Origin: Lepidodermella squamata
Taxonomy: Eukaryota > Animalia > Gastrotricha
Assembly: GCA_047495785.1 (NCBI GenBank)
Contig: JBLDXI010000015.1
Coordinates: 1,426,001-1,490,000, forward strand
DNA: 64,000 nucleotides
Direction: 5' to 3'
In this document: piece by piece, positions 1-12,899 of the stretch
Numbering within the stretch: position 1 is the stretch's first letter
Layout of the letters: the number at the start of each line of letters is the position of its first letter
Program-made: the position numbers and the translations under genes
The notes under the pieces: generated by a model
Databases searched by the model: none
Told to the model about the DNA's origin: nothing
The model's input: the letters and a program-made list of their open reading frames with translations, nothing else

Positions 1-1023
1 ATAAAAACGTCGTAATTGCGAAATAGTGGAAAAACTTCGAGCTCAAATTTTGCTCTCATTTTATTTCAAAATTTCAACTAGAGAAAAAATCACTGCTGAA
101 ATGTCACTTCTCACTAGTCACTGATGAATTCAAGATAGGTAAATAATTAAATAATCTCATGAACTCTTAATTTTGGGTATGTGCCAAGGATCAGTTTTTG
201 TCAAATGGCCGCAAAAATGAGTGCCTTTCACTAGCCAGCAATAGCAGGCTAATAGCAGTAGTATGATGATGACACTGCCTATCGAAGACAATTACGTAAA
301 TAACATCTCTTGTCGTTATTTGCTAGCCCTATTAAAGCATTTTTATTACAGGGGCAGGTCGCTATTTTTTGCATTCGCCTTGAGCTGTACCCAACTTTCT
401 TAGTTTCTATTTTATTGCACTTGATTTATAACAATTTATTAGTCGCACAAAATACACAGTTGCCATAAAATCTTATTAGACTTTTTATTACCATTAGATT
501 AGTTGCGTTGCGTTTTATAGAACATCATCGCCACCAATCTTCCACCAAAAATAGAAGAGCTTAGGCTATGGAAATTTAAAATTTTGGCACTCAAGTAAAA
601 TTCAACAAACAATTCATTTTTCTAAAAATTCTGATAAATCACGATCCAGGTTTACGAAGTTACAAAACAGTATTTTCTAAAAAAAAACACCAAAAAAACC
701 CCGCCGGGGAATAAAAACTTGGCTGATAACAAATTATTCAATCCCGTTTTTAATAATTGAGCGCATTCGAGGTCGCAAAACTCACCTTAACCTAAAAATT
801 TTCCGCCTTGCCAGATACAAATTTTTTTCCGAAATTCAGCTTTTTCTCAGTATTATTTTATAATCAATTTAAAAAAAATTCGGCAACAGCAAAAAATTAG
901 CAGTGTCAAAAATTACGCCTTTAGCGTTCGATTTTTGATAGCTGAACTTGATAATTCATTGAAATTTTCCTCGATATTTCAAACATTTTTTTCTCAATTT
1001 TTTTAGGAAATAACCGGAGAAAA

Positions 1024-1743
1024 ATGAGCCAGGAAGAATGCCTGGATTTTTCGAAGATGAGCCCGGCAAGCTCTAGCAAGTCACCGCGTTTACAAATTTA
1101 TTCGGGCCATTCATCGTCAAGCGACACCGAATCCGACACCGAACAGTCGAATTCCATCAACAAGGAATCAAAGACGCTTGAAAAATCGAAGCGAACTCGC
1201 GGGCAAAATTGGAATCAAACCGACTTATCAGTGCTCATCGACTGCCTTAAACAGCCGTACGGCGATGATAAATCGACTTTCATGGCTGTGCTGTGCGACA
1301 AATCGCCGTGGTCGACGGCGAATCGCAGCTTAGCGATGGAAAATTTACGCGCAAATTTCAACAGCCGCCTGCCGGAGCGAAAACGCCCGAGAAAACAGCT
1401 GCGCATTAAATTCAATCAGTTGAAACAAAGCGCCAAGGCCGAAATTAGTCACTGGGCGTCGAAAAACGACAAAACGCATGAGAATTTGTCAATTTTTGCA
1501 AAAATGCTGCTGGAAGTTGAGAAACCTGGTGAAACATCGACCGCAATTAAGCAGAATTTTGATGGAAAAGTTGAACCTGGCGAAACTTTGCAGTGTTTGG
1601 ATAAAATGAAGAAATCGGAGGAATTGCTTGACATGAAAATGGAAGTTTTGCGGCGCGAAAAAGCGGCCTGGGAAGCTGTTGAACAAGCGGCTCAAAGTTT
1701 GGTTTTGATGGCTCACAAAATCGGCGCCTCTTTTACCGATTAA
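1024..1743 (+). CDS. Myb/SANT-like (MADF/trihelix-type) DNA-binding protein with C-terminal coiled coil
   Basis: Intronless 239-aa ORF. RGQNWNQTDLSVLIDCL...RPRKQLRIKFNQLKQSAK fits the R-x-x-N-W...QL-x-x-K-W/F-x-x-LK Myb/SANT-like pattern, followed by a heptad-rich tail. Confidence 0.7.
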   Translation: MSQEECLDFSKMSPASSSKSPRLQIYSGHSSSSDTESDTEQSNSINKESKTLEKSKRTRGQNWNQTDLSVLIDCLKQPYGDDKSTFMAVLCDKSPWSTANRSLAMENLRANFNSRLPERKRPRKQLRIKFNQLKQSAKAEISHWASKNDKTHENLSIFAKMLLEVEKPGETSTAIKQNFDGKVEPGETLQCLDKMKKSEELLDMKMEVLRREKAAWEAVEQAAQSLVLMAHKIGASFTD

Positions 1744-2348
1744 AATTTCGTCGACATTGAAACAAAAAAATGACTGAAACTATTGCTCAATTATAAATAC
1801 CTCTTATATAGAAATGTTGAATAAAGCAGATTTATACGCAAAATTTTATCTATTTGTGAAGGTGAAACTGAGTTCGCGTTGAACAGAGCCGAATTTCGAA
1901 CGATTTCTGTTTTCAGAATTCTCAGGGATTTATGCGAATCGAAAAATACAAAAAAAATTGAAAAACTTCATTCTGAATGAATTTTTTTAAGGGTCCTACT
2001 GTTAGTGGAACCAAATTTTAAATAATTTGTTCGCCAAAATATCGCCCGTGAATTATTTTGAATTTAAAATAAATCCAAATATTCAAAAACGGCACTTAAA
2101 ATGAGTTTGCATTTGGCGCTAAATTTTTTGCTGACGTCTCAAATTTAAGGTTGGAAATCATCATTTTAGGTTGATGGATGGCTCGCTCATTTTCAATTTT
2201 ATTCATGCAAAAAATATGCTACAAATTAATGCAAAATTAACCGAAAATGTTTAAAATCGGTAATCTTTTCCAATTTGCGCTATATTTTGAAGCAATTACT
2301 CATTTTTCAATAGATTATTCAAAACATGCGATGAAATAGTGAACAGAC

Positions 2349-5300
2349 CTAGTTTCGATCTATACGGCAGCTGAGTCTGGTCTGTCGCTTGAGCCACGGC
2401 TTGTTCAACATCAGGCATCACGTGGTTGACAAGAAGCCGTACGCCAGTCGTCGCCAGGGTCGTACTCAGCTGGTCGACTTTCATGTTAGCGTTAGGCACG
2501 ATTTCTTGCTGCACCAACACGCGGCCGACGTCGAAGTGCCGCGGCGCCACCTCGACGACGGAAACACCGACGACGAGATCACCGGCGAGGACGCAGCGAG
2601 GCAACGGAGCGGCACCACGCCATCTTGGCAACAGGCTTGGGTGTATATTAATTATTCGGCTAAAAAATTGAAGGAAATTATAATTGAAAATTATAATTAA
2701 AATTCAATTAAAATAAAAAATGTAGGTTCTTCGCTAAATTTTTCCAAAATTTAAGAAATTTCAGGAAGGGTTAGCTAACCGGTACTCAAGCTTTTCAAAG
2801 CGGCGAACACTGACCCTGAGGTTGCAGCTACTTTTCCGTATTTAGACTCAAGAGATATTCATCATTTCCAACTTTAAGCCATATCGTCAAGATTCTTTGT
2901 TTCAAGTCACTGAGTAATATCAACAGTAGCTTTCGAAGTCAGTCCAACAGCGTACACAGAAATTTACGGCGTATCACCGAGCTCAGACTGTATTTGCAGA
3001 AATGAACAACGAGCCAATTTACAATAACTAGGCGTTAATTCTCCCTGAACGTACCGCCCAATGAGATTTGGGAATTTGACTGACGTCCTTATTCACGACT
3101 TTGCTGCACAAATTATTGAACCATTGGGCGCGGAAAATTTCTACGCCGGTCAATCTCTGACATCAGAAACATCAACTTCATGAGAGAGTTCGTGAAACTC
3201 AGCTGTCATTATGGCGCGTTTAACTTCATTTATTTGAAGATCAAGGTGTCAAACCGCCTGGAGACCTCGTCATCAAATTGATTAGCCCCAATTTCCTCAA
3301 CCCGGCTACGGCAAAAACCAACATCTATGTCAAGAGCAAGGCTAAATGGCAAGCTTCTCAGCCGCCGCTTTAACCAGTGCTCGTCGATCGGAACCAATGC
3401 AGATTATGTTTCAGAAAAACCAGTGAGCCGGGTGCTCGAAAGAGTGTATCAAAATCCACCTTAACACATCCAGATTCAATTCAACTGAAACTTTACGAAG
3501 ATGGTATTTATTCGTAAGGACCTCCAAATCAACACGAAAGGTCCTTGTGCTGACTTCTCGATGAAAATGGCTACATCAAGCTCGTTGTCAAACTGACCAT
3601 ATTACACGCTCAACTGTGCAAAGCCATCAACGAAGTAGAAAATTGCAATTTGACAACTAATTATTTCTCGTTAAACTTGCGGAACACATGCCTCATATCT
3701 CACTTTTAAAGGTATTAATCATAAATTTGAATAATGGGAAAATGCGAGTTCTGTTCTTATCTTCTGTAAAAGACACAGATAGCTTCATAGCTGATTACTT
3801 TTATTCATCCCCAACCTACTACAAGGTGCTTCATCAATCGAAAAAGCTGCGGAAATCTCCAAATGCCGTCAGCTGTGACAACGAAAACGAAGTGCTCCAA
3901 TGTTGTAAATGAACCCGAACGCATCTCTGCCTGACATGCCGCAATTTTCTTATCGAGAGGACATCGATTCACGAAATTTCATTTCATCGGTGAATTATTT
4001 TCATCCTTACAAAATAGTCTTTACCCAGACTGGAGGTCGAAGATATCAACTGTTTTTCCTGGCTTTGTAACACAGCTTGCAATGGAACAGAGATTTTCAA
4101 AGCTGCATGATTCAATCATCAACGAGGAGCCCTTTATTATATTGACGGAATTACATGACCAAATGTTCAGTGCCATCGAGAACGTCGGAGAGCGTAACAT
4201 TGCCTCAAATTATTTATTGTTAAACTTGCGGAACTAAGGCATTCGTCAAAAAGGTTCAATTGCGGAATAATGCCAACTGAATGGAGCGCAATTTAATTGG
4301 AAATATGGACGAGGTCCCATGTTGGTTAGACATGCCGTCGAAGAGAACCTATACGATTTCTGTGGCGTTAAAACTGTGCGCGCCATGACCACTAGCTCAC
4401 GAAACTATCGCAGAAAGAGTCGCCGAAGCCTGGGCCACATGGAACCCGAAATGGTTTGGTTTGCTTTCAATCAATGTGGCATGTTTCTCTATGAATAAAT
4501 AATCGAGATAATTCAATCAATAAGTCAACTGGATCTGAATTATCTTGAGGCGTAATTAAACTTAAAATTAAAATAAATTATTTTGCATTTTCTCGTGGCA
4601 ATATTTCATCGATGGAATGCCACTGCTTTTGTCCTGCATCTGCTGAAAAGTCAGTTGAAAAGTCGGACCACGATCGTAAATGCATGCGTACACGACGAGG
4701 AAATGTTGGTGCTTTATGCTTATCGCTGTGTTCTTTGCGAGGCAAAAATACAGACAAGTAAAGGAGCTTGAGACAAATTCCTAGGGACTTCTAAATTGAT
4801 AAGAAAATTTATCATTTCTCTTATATAAAAACTCACACAATAAGGGTAATTGTGTTTTATTTTGCAACCCAACCTATTTGAGATTTGCAAAATATTTCTT
4901 AGCTTAAAGAGATTTAAAGATAACAAAATAATTTTGAAAAATACTATAATTGTAGCTTTTTGCTTTTAGAATTATTTAACAAGAATGGGTGGAATTAAAT
5001 GCTACAAATGCGGAGCCGGGGTTTCCACGCAGGCTGCTGTAACCCGATTGGCGGCTGATGGTATCAAATGGGTTAAAGACACCGTCAAGGATTTGATGCC
5101 TCGCGCGCACGAAGCTTATAGTGCTACCTTGGAAACTGATAAGCCACCACAGAGCGGATCGCTGGCCGAACTGTACAACAGCCAAGGATACCAGTGTATC
5201 AATGGGCATTCGGGCAGCTGGGTTGATGCGGATGATGCGGAGAACGGCAGCTGGTGTGTCATTTTATAAATCTTCATTGCAGCTATTATGACTATGAATA

Positions 5301-5917
5301 GATTAGGCAATTGCCATGCTACTGATGATTTTTCCCCATCTCAATAACTTTAGTTAAGCTAACTATCTTGGTTTGCCGAAATAAGTTATTAAAAGAAGAA
5401 GTAAGAACAACCAGACTTACTTTGGCATTAATGAAATGAAAGATTCTGGAATGAGCTTGCCAAACGAAGCGACCAGGGCGAATTTGTGCCGCTCCTCGAC
5501 GCTAATTTCAGGCAGATTAGGCCATACGTGAACTTTGACTTCCGGGTGATAGGTTTTCAGAAATTTAGCGAAAATCACACTTGAACTGACTACGCATGCT
5601 TCGATTGTGGATAATTGCGGCCGGTATTGAATGAGCAGCTCGCGGAAAACGGCGATCGAAAACGAATCTGAGCCGAAAAATATCAAATGCCGTTGATTCG
5701 GTTTAGAATCAACGGGGATCGATCTCTCGTTTTTCGGCTCGAAATTTCTCAGCGATTCAGAGCAAAGATGTCGATAATTTGTTACGGGAGAGAATTTACG
5801 TCGAAATTGAGGTTTTGAAAGACGGGGTGATATAGCACCGAGAAAGGCGAATTCGGCTGAATTAAGCAGGATGCCATTAGACCGGCATGCCAGTCGCCTT
5901 GCTGAATTAATTATCAT
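2349..5917 (-). CDS. MTFMT: Mitochondrial methionyl-tRNA formyltransferase, first two exons (5917-5421 and 2659-2349); remaining exons probably lie left of the window
   Basis: Arg/Ser-rich transit-like N-terminus, LIFFGSDSFS and VASFGKLIP. The splice AA|gtaagt...ttttttag|C gives MPNRIINIHPSLLPRWRGAAP (formyltransferase signature), then HFDVG. Confidence 0.9.
3560..4237 (+). pseudogene. Two decayed paralogous coding relics inside MTFMT intron 1
   Basis: LHAQLCKAINEVENCNLTTNYFSLNLRN (~3602-3685) aligns with LHDQMFSAIENVGERNIASNYLLLNLRN* (~4151-4237). In-frame stops lie upstream of both. Confidence 0.45.
4270..4490 (+). mobile_element. pogo/Tigger (DDE_1) transposase relic, internally deleted
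   Basis: IGNMDEVPCWLDMP (from ~4296) matches the pogo first-Asp motif. ETIAERVAEAW...EMVWFAFNQCG resembles the pogo C-terminal motif. Frameshifted. Confidence 0.7.
4985..5269 (+). CDS. Small 94-aa protein with N-terminal Gly, CxxC...CxxxH and C-terminal CaaX (CVIL), nested in MTFMT intron 1
   Basis: Clean ORF with coding-like composition between AT-rich flanks. TATA-like ttatataaaa near 4821 and a ttttag acceptor about 15 nt before the ATG. Confidence 0.65.
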   Translation: MGGIKCYKCGAGVSTQAAVTRLAADGIKWVKDTVKDLMPRAHEAYSATLETDKPPQSGSLAELYNSQGYQCINGHSGSWVDADDAENGSWCVIL

Positions 5918-5996
5918 CGATAGCTAAAAAAATGACAAAAATGTAACGAAAATGTAGACAATTTTTGAAGAAAATTTAACTAATTTTTTTACAAAA

Positions 5997-6278
5997 TATC
6001 TTTTAGCGGAACCAAATTTGACTATAGCGGAACCAAGAGCTGTTCTAATTTTAGATAAGGAAAAGGTCGCTTGTCGAATAGTTCCACGAAATTAAGGCAA
6101 TTTATGAATTCTATAGTCAAGAATGCGTCTTATTCTAAATTTCACGCTGAATTCAAAGATAATTTATTATAATTTATTTTAAATTATGCCGATCAATCAC
6201 GACATCCTCAAAAGCTTCGAAAATGGGGTTTAGGCCCGTTGAAAATTCCAAAATTTGGTTCCGCTAAAAGTAAGACCC
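5997..6278. mobile_element. MITE family A copy (inverted ends built on AGCGGAACCAAAT)
   Basis: Ends are ttttagcggaaccaaatttg...tttggttccgctaaaagtaagaccc. Its reverse complement aligns with the copies at 17613-18018 and 39927-40131; an end fragment is at 1991-2020. Confidence 0.75.
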
Positions 6279-7726
6279 ATTTTTTGTTTAATTAAATACA
6301 TACCGCGATAATATTCATTATTTGTGATTCTACTGAAGAAATGCTAAGTTTACCGGAGAAAACCCGATACCCAATGGCCAATGGTAACTGGTTGGGTAAT
6401 TTTCGAATTTTTTGCTCGGCTGGACCCAATTTCTCCGAATATCATAATCTCATTTACATGACACTTTTATCATGGCGTTTTAGATGTCGTAAGATTTTGT
6501 TAGCCATGAGACATGACTTATGATCTCGCCTCTCAATTTAGAGTTTCTGTTCCTTTCTCAGTGTTTTTATTTTTTCGTGTTACTTATGAGACACTCTGTA
6601 AATATTCCAAGAAAATACAATTCAAAAGCATTTCTATGTAAATTTTCAAGCAACAAATTACCATCCCTCTGGTTTAATTTCTTAAGGAAAGAGAGCGATT
6701 TAACCCTGCATGTTGCAATTCCCATCTTCGCCCCACAATTTGGAGTATAATTCCAAATTGTAGAGTTCCACCTAAACAAATTCTGCCAACAGATGTTCAT
6801 GAAATCAGGGATTCATCAAAATAGAGTGGATTTGAGAGTCAAAAATAAACAGCATACTTTGATTCACCGGGTGAAATCATTTGGTAACCTCTGCTTGCCA
6901 GCCAATTTTCCGTCAACTGCGACCGCTCAAAAGTGTCAGTTTCAGTTTTCACTCAATAAACCCAAATCTCTATCATGTGCGAAAGAAATGTTTAAAATAG
7001 ACAACAACAAGACTGTTAGAAACAACGCTTTTATTCGGTTATTTTTCATCATCGCAAGTCGATTGTTTTTTATCAGTTTCAGTTTGGCCGAAAGCATCGG
7101 CGGTTTTACTAGCAAAAAACAGAGCAAAAATGGCTAATATTGATGATACTACAAGAACAAAATGCTTCAGATGCATCTTGAAATCACTCAAAAATCGAAA
7201 TTAAACGCAGAGACAGAGACGATGGAAATTATATATACAGCCTCGAATATTACTAATGTAAACAAAAGCAAAATCAGCCGATATTTACACAAATTGTTAT
7301 TGCGACAACAAAAAACCAGAAGGAGCGGCTAAATTACAAGCGAGACCATAACATATCAATAACATAATTGTTGTTGTGATATCAAGCTGATGGATTATAA
7401 AACAAACACAAGTCGAGCAATAAGTACTTGGTTCAAGACATTTTCCCGACTGAGAAAAACAGGCCGGAAAAAAATATTTTTTTTCAGGTCGACCTTAAAG
7501 GAGGGAAGTAGGACGGGCACTTTTTCAAGGTGTAAAAATGGAGGAACAGAGGTCGAAGACATTCAATTTTGCCACAGGCAGATTTTTCAAGAAACATACA
7601 AAAATTAGTAGGGAAAATGGAGAAATTTTCCGGTTTCTATTAATTTTACGAAAATTTTAAAATATTTCCGAAATTTAAAAAAGGCCGGAATTTCTCAATT
7701 TTCTCACTGCGTAAATTCGGCAATAA

Positions 7727-10700
7727 TTATTCGACAATTTCTTCCTCCGCCTCGACAACCTCCGTCTGCTGCGTGTCGGAGATGACGTGGCCATGCACCT
7801 GGCTCGGGTCCATGACCATTTGTTGCTGGTCGTCGTCGACAACGCCCTCCTGGCCGTCGCCAGTCGCGAATTCGATCTTATACATTTGCCCGTCGATTTC
7901 GATGTAGTCGCCGCTCGACAACGCCGCCAGTTGTTCCGGCGTCAGTTGGATCTGCGATGGCACAACACCGCCGTCGACGCCGCCCACTTCCATCTGAACA
8001 ATCGCCTCCTCCTCGACGCCATGCTCCATTTGCTGTTGTTGTTGCTGGAGTTGTTGGTCTTGCAGTTGTTGCTGCTGTTGTTGCGTGATGAGACCGCCCG
8101 AGCGGGTCGACGCCGATTCGAGGTGGTGCTCGACGACTTCCGACTGGGAGTCGGCGACGTGGTGGTGGTGCGCGGCGGCTTCGAGTTCGTGGACAGACGT
8201 CGTCGGCATGACTTGAACCTCGCCGGGGCCTTCCGAACCCGCGATGATAACGACTTCTTGCTGAGCAGCGGCTTCCGCGGCCTGAAAAAATCGAAAAATA
8301 TTGATTAAACATCAGATTCAAATAATAACGAAGAGAATTTCGGATCAAATTAAAACGGTGAATTGAAAAAATGTCAAATAATTTTCTATCAACGCATTAA
8401 AATAGGAAGAATCATTAAAAAATCGAAAAATCCAGTAATATTAAGGAGGATGTTTTGATTTTTTTCGAAAAATTATAAAAATGAAAGGTATCATGCGATC
8501 ACATGGAATTATAGCAATTTATGAAAATTTGGTTAAAGACGGGAAAAATTGATCAAAAATCTCAAAAACATCCTCCCATGTGAACCATTTGCCAAGAAAT
8601 TTCGACAAAATAAAATCGAATAAAAATTTCAACTTTTCCAATTCAAATTTTTGAACATCATTGCGATTGCGTTTTTTCAATAACGATTTTCGAATACTTG
8701 ATAGGCCATTCGAAATTATGAGCTCGAGTAAATTTTGAAAAATACAAGAAATTAAGAAAAATCGAAAACATACCCGCTGTTCCTTCTCCTTCTGCTGAGC
8801 AGCCTGAGCCGCCGGCGGGAGACGACCAGGCGGCGGTGGCGGGAGAGGCGGCAAATCGGCAGCGGACGCTTCCTGGAAGTAGCCGGTCGTGCCGTCCTGC
8901 TTCAACATGACCGAGATCTTGTGCTTCTTCCGCAGATGGTCGTAGAAGGTGAGTCGGAGTGAGCATGAAAACGGGCACAGCATGCACGAGAAGACATCAG
9001 CGCCCGACACGAGAAGGCCGCTTTCGACGGAATGCTTGCGCATGTGCGACAGCAACAGCTTCTTATTCTCGCAGATCGTGTCGCAAACAGGGCAAGCCTC
9101 CTGGTTCGGCAAATTCGCAGTCGCGGGCGGCGCGGCCTCGGGGTGTTGCAGCTTTACGTGCTTCCAGAGGGTGATGATTTTCTGGAAACGCGTCTGGCAA
9201 TGCCGGCAGGTAAATGTCCTCGCCTCAGGCGGGCCTCGACTCGCCTGCGCCAGCTCCTCCTCGAAAATCGTCTGCATGCGCTGCTGTTGCAGCTTCTTCT
9301 GCCGCTCCAACTCAACCTGCATCGGATTGTGGCGAGTTTTGATGTGGCGAATGATCATCTCCTTCTGACCAGCCCGGTAGTCGCACTGCGAGCACTGGAA
9401 CGGCCGCTCATTCGCGTGCGTCAACTCGTGGCGCCTCAGCCGCGACTCCGTATCAGTGACGAAAGAACACTGCTGGCAGAATAGCTTAACCTCAGGCCGG
9501 CCGCGTCGGTGAAACTTCTGATGCTGCTTCGCATCTCGCTTCGTGAACGTCTCCGCGCCGCAAACGTTACACTGCGCGTAGTCACCGCCGATTTTCCTCA
9601 ACTCGCACGCCAACGCGTCATCGCCGTGAGCCTGCCGCATGTGGATGAAGATATCCGGGTTGCGAACCGCGCAGATAAACCCGCAAACATCGCAAGGCAC
9701 GTTGTACTCGGGGTGGCGGTACAACTTGTGCCGGTTAAGATGGACGCGTTGCCGGAACACCATGCCGCACTCGTCGCAGTAGTGCCGCCGCAAATCATCG
9801 TGATTCTCCAAATGCTTCTGATAATCAGTCCACGCATCGGTTGTGTAGTTGCAATCAGCGCATGTGTAGTTCGAAACAATACCGCAATGTTGCTTCAAAT
9901 GAGAGTTGAACTCGTTTTTGATGTTAGTCACAAACTCGCACTGCTCGCATTCGAACATGATCGGCTCGTGCTCATCACGCTTGTGCTTCTTCAAATCTGA
10001 CTTGTTGTAAGTAACATAGTCACACTCATCGCACCTTCTCATCATCTTCGGCTCGTGCAACTCTTTGTGCTTCCTCAACTCTTGACGGAAAGGCGTTGAG
10101 AACGAACATTTTGTACATCTCAACCTGAAATCTGAGTTGTGAAGAGCGATGTGACGGCGAAGCGAGGCGGTAGAAACTGTTTGAAACTCGCACTGATCGC
10201 ATTGCAACAATTCTCGATTCGTGTGAACCTGGTGATGCTTCTTAAAGCCGTTCTTCGAATGGGTCTGGAAGTCGCATTTGTCGCACCGATATTTCGGTCC
10301 AAACATGTCGTGAGTGCGTAGATGGCGGATGAATTCCTTTTTGATCAACGATTGGAAGTTGCACATGTCGCAGTGGAAGATGGGCGCTTCTTCTTCTTCG
10401 TCCCAATAGTCGGCCGCAGTTCGACCACGTCGAGGGAACACGTCTTCTTGCTCGAGCTGCGGTGTCCACTCGTAGTCGTCAGGATCGAAAAACGGATGAC
10501 GCTTCTTCACAGGCGGTTTCTTTTTTTTAGCCGGGGCTGGTTTCTTGAAACTAGACTGCTGTTGCTGAGCTTCTTCCTCTTCTTCTTCACTCTCAGACAG
10601 CGGGATTTGAAACTCGCTAGGCACATGCGTCTTGAAGCCACCACCGATCAAGAAAGTCGGTAATTGATCGGGATCGTCAGTTGCCAGGATCGGAAAATCA

Positions 10701-11721
10701 CCCAGGTCTAACTTCTCCATACCAATGATAGGAATGCCAGAACCCATGTCGAAGGTGCCGTCAACGGACGAATAATTCATTGGTAGGTCAGTGCCGGGCA
10801 TGGTCACAACTTCAGCCGAGTAATCCGGTTCGGGCTCTGGTTCACTTTCGTGTTCTTCTTCCTCCTCGTCATCATCTTCATTACCTTCACCTTCCTCCTC
10901 AGGCTCAGGTTCGACGTTGCGAGTTCGCGGCCTGCCTCGTTGAGATGTGCTAGGCGCGGCTGGAGGCTGTGGAGGTAACGGTTCAGGTTCAGCAGCTGTG
11001 ACGACGATCTCTTCTGGTTCATCTTCATCACCCTCAACGACCATGACTAGACCGGACGGGTCAACAAGTGGCACGTGGGGTTCATCTTTCCGCTTTTTCT
11101 CCCGTTTACGAGCAGCAGCAGCTGCCCGTTTCTCCTTTTCAGCGAGTGTTTTCGCCTCCTTGAAAGCGCGCAGCGCTTGGATTTCAGGATCTTCGAAATC
11201 AGCTTCGAGCAGTTTCTTCGAAATGGTCCGCTTTCTTGGCTGGCGACCCTGAGTAACTGTTTCGTAAAAGTAGCCATGTCTACGGCCACTGCTAGGTCCT
11301 CCACCATGGATGAAGTCAACCGGTCCTCCTTCGTCAGTCTCAACAGTACTGACAAAGTACTCCTAGAAAATATGAAAAGTCAATATTATTTCAACTTGAG
11401 ATTCGTCTGCCAAAACTAAATCAAATGAATGGGAGTTGTCGAGTCATGGACCAAGGACAAGGTGCCCAGAACCCGGCTGATCTACCGGCAAGCAGCTGGG
11501 TAACCCAGGATTTTAATTTTGATCATATGACTAAAATCCTGATCACAAGAATTTTTTCCCAATTAAAATTTACAAGAAGACACATAAAACTACACTCTAA
11601 AAATTATTGGATGCATATTTTCAGACGGACAAGCCAGAAATGAGCCGCCGAATTCAAACTGGGTTGACCCATCACCCCGGGTGTTTGGCTGGTAGTTGTA
11701 GCAAGTGCTTACCTCGTCCAT
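7727..11721 (-). CDS. C2H2 zinc-finger transcription factor (15 fingers) with acidic N-terminus and Gln/Glu-rich C-terminus; exons 11721-11713, 11362-8774, 8281-7727
   Basis: Fifteen CxxC...HxxxH repeats counted in the 851-aa ORF. ATG GAC GAG|gtaagc microexon; ttttctag and tttttcag acceptors keep the frame. Confidence 0.9.
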
Positions 11722-12899
11722 TCGAGATTGAACAGCAGAGTAAAGTCGAGAGTCGATTGAAGAGGCGTTTACAGTGACGATATGATCAAGATTCAATTAA
11801 AAATGCGTCCAAAGTCTATGAATAATCGCTAAACTGATGAAAAAACGACGAGAGAACTTAGCGATAACAGCGAAGACGAGCCAAGTAACCGGGGAATAGC
11901 GGCCAGTGACCTTGAACACAAAGCTCTGGCTTCAGCTCGACAGAGATCGCGGTAAAAAATTTCTACGCGATATAAAGCTAACAAATCCGGCTAAATAGCA
12001 AGTTTGAAGTACAACAAAGTTCACTATGCGATATAAAACGTTGTGTGTCCTGATCGATAACAATAGAAATCAATCGAATCTTTTTTAGAGCGGGAGATTC
12101 GTTGCACGATCATTTTTATTTTTGACCGCAAATATGCAAGCAAATAAAAATAATAAAAGCAATAATATAAATTGAATAATCTAAATTTTACGATTTCATA
12201 AATTCAAATTTTCAAATTTTAGCGCGCGCAGCTTTTTGATTCCCCGACCGCCTTCTCGCTAGTGATTTCGCAGCATCCACGCATTATTGGCCTGAGAGCT
12301 GACTGTTCAATATATTTTACAGGTTTTGCGGAAGTTTATGAAAATCTTATCGAAAATATCCTTTGCCAAGGCCTTATAATAGACACCCAAACTAGGTCCA
12401 CTTTTGCCAATTTTCTTCCATGTCACCTTACACCTTCCACCTCGACTTCATTACAGTGGAACCCCGATTTCCCGTCACCTGCGGTATGTAAATATGTAAG
12501 AGCGACTTGGACCCACAGAGGGCAATTACATGCAAAACTACCGGGATTTCCCGTTATTCGGGAGTGCCTCCACGATCCATGATGAGTTTTCAATGCCTCA
12601 GACTCTAAAATAGTCGATAATATTATTGAATTAATGAGTTCAGATGTTTAAGGTGCAACGTCTTACAAAAATGTTTCACAGTCATCTCACATCTCACCAC
12701 ACTAGTTTCACAATGTGATTGTTCACATTTGGGTCATTTGGATAAATCTATTCAATAGGGTATGCTTTTTAGCTTAACTTCGACGTTTTTGTTGAAAAAT
12801 CAGAATCGAGCCATTCTGTTGGGTCAGCGATAACGGGCTGCGAATTTTGTTTGTGTCTTAGGTTTTTGCAATAAGCATATTTACTGCAAAATCATTTCC

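Noticed and set aside
6341-7608. Several 60-114 aa ORFs between MTFMT and the zinc-finger gene
   Set aside because: AT-rich, no motifs or consistent splice structure; likely UTR or intergenic sequence.
7787-11419. Many long plus-strand and alternate-frame ORFs over the zinc-finger gene
   Set aside because: Shadow ORFs of GC-rich coding sequence with no independent motifs. The same applies to those over Vps34, DAGL and MINPP.
12400-12520. EVEGVR*HGRK on the minus strand, reminiscent of an RTE C-terminus
   Set aside because: Too short and degenerate to support.
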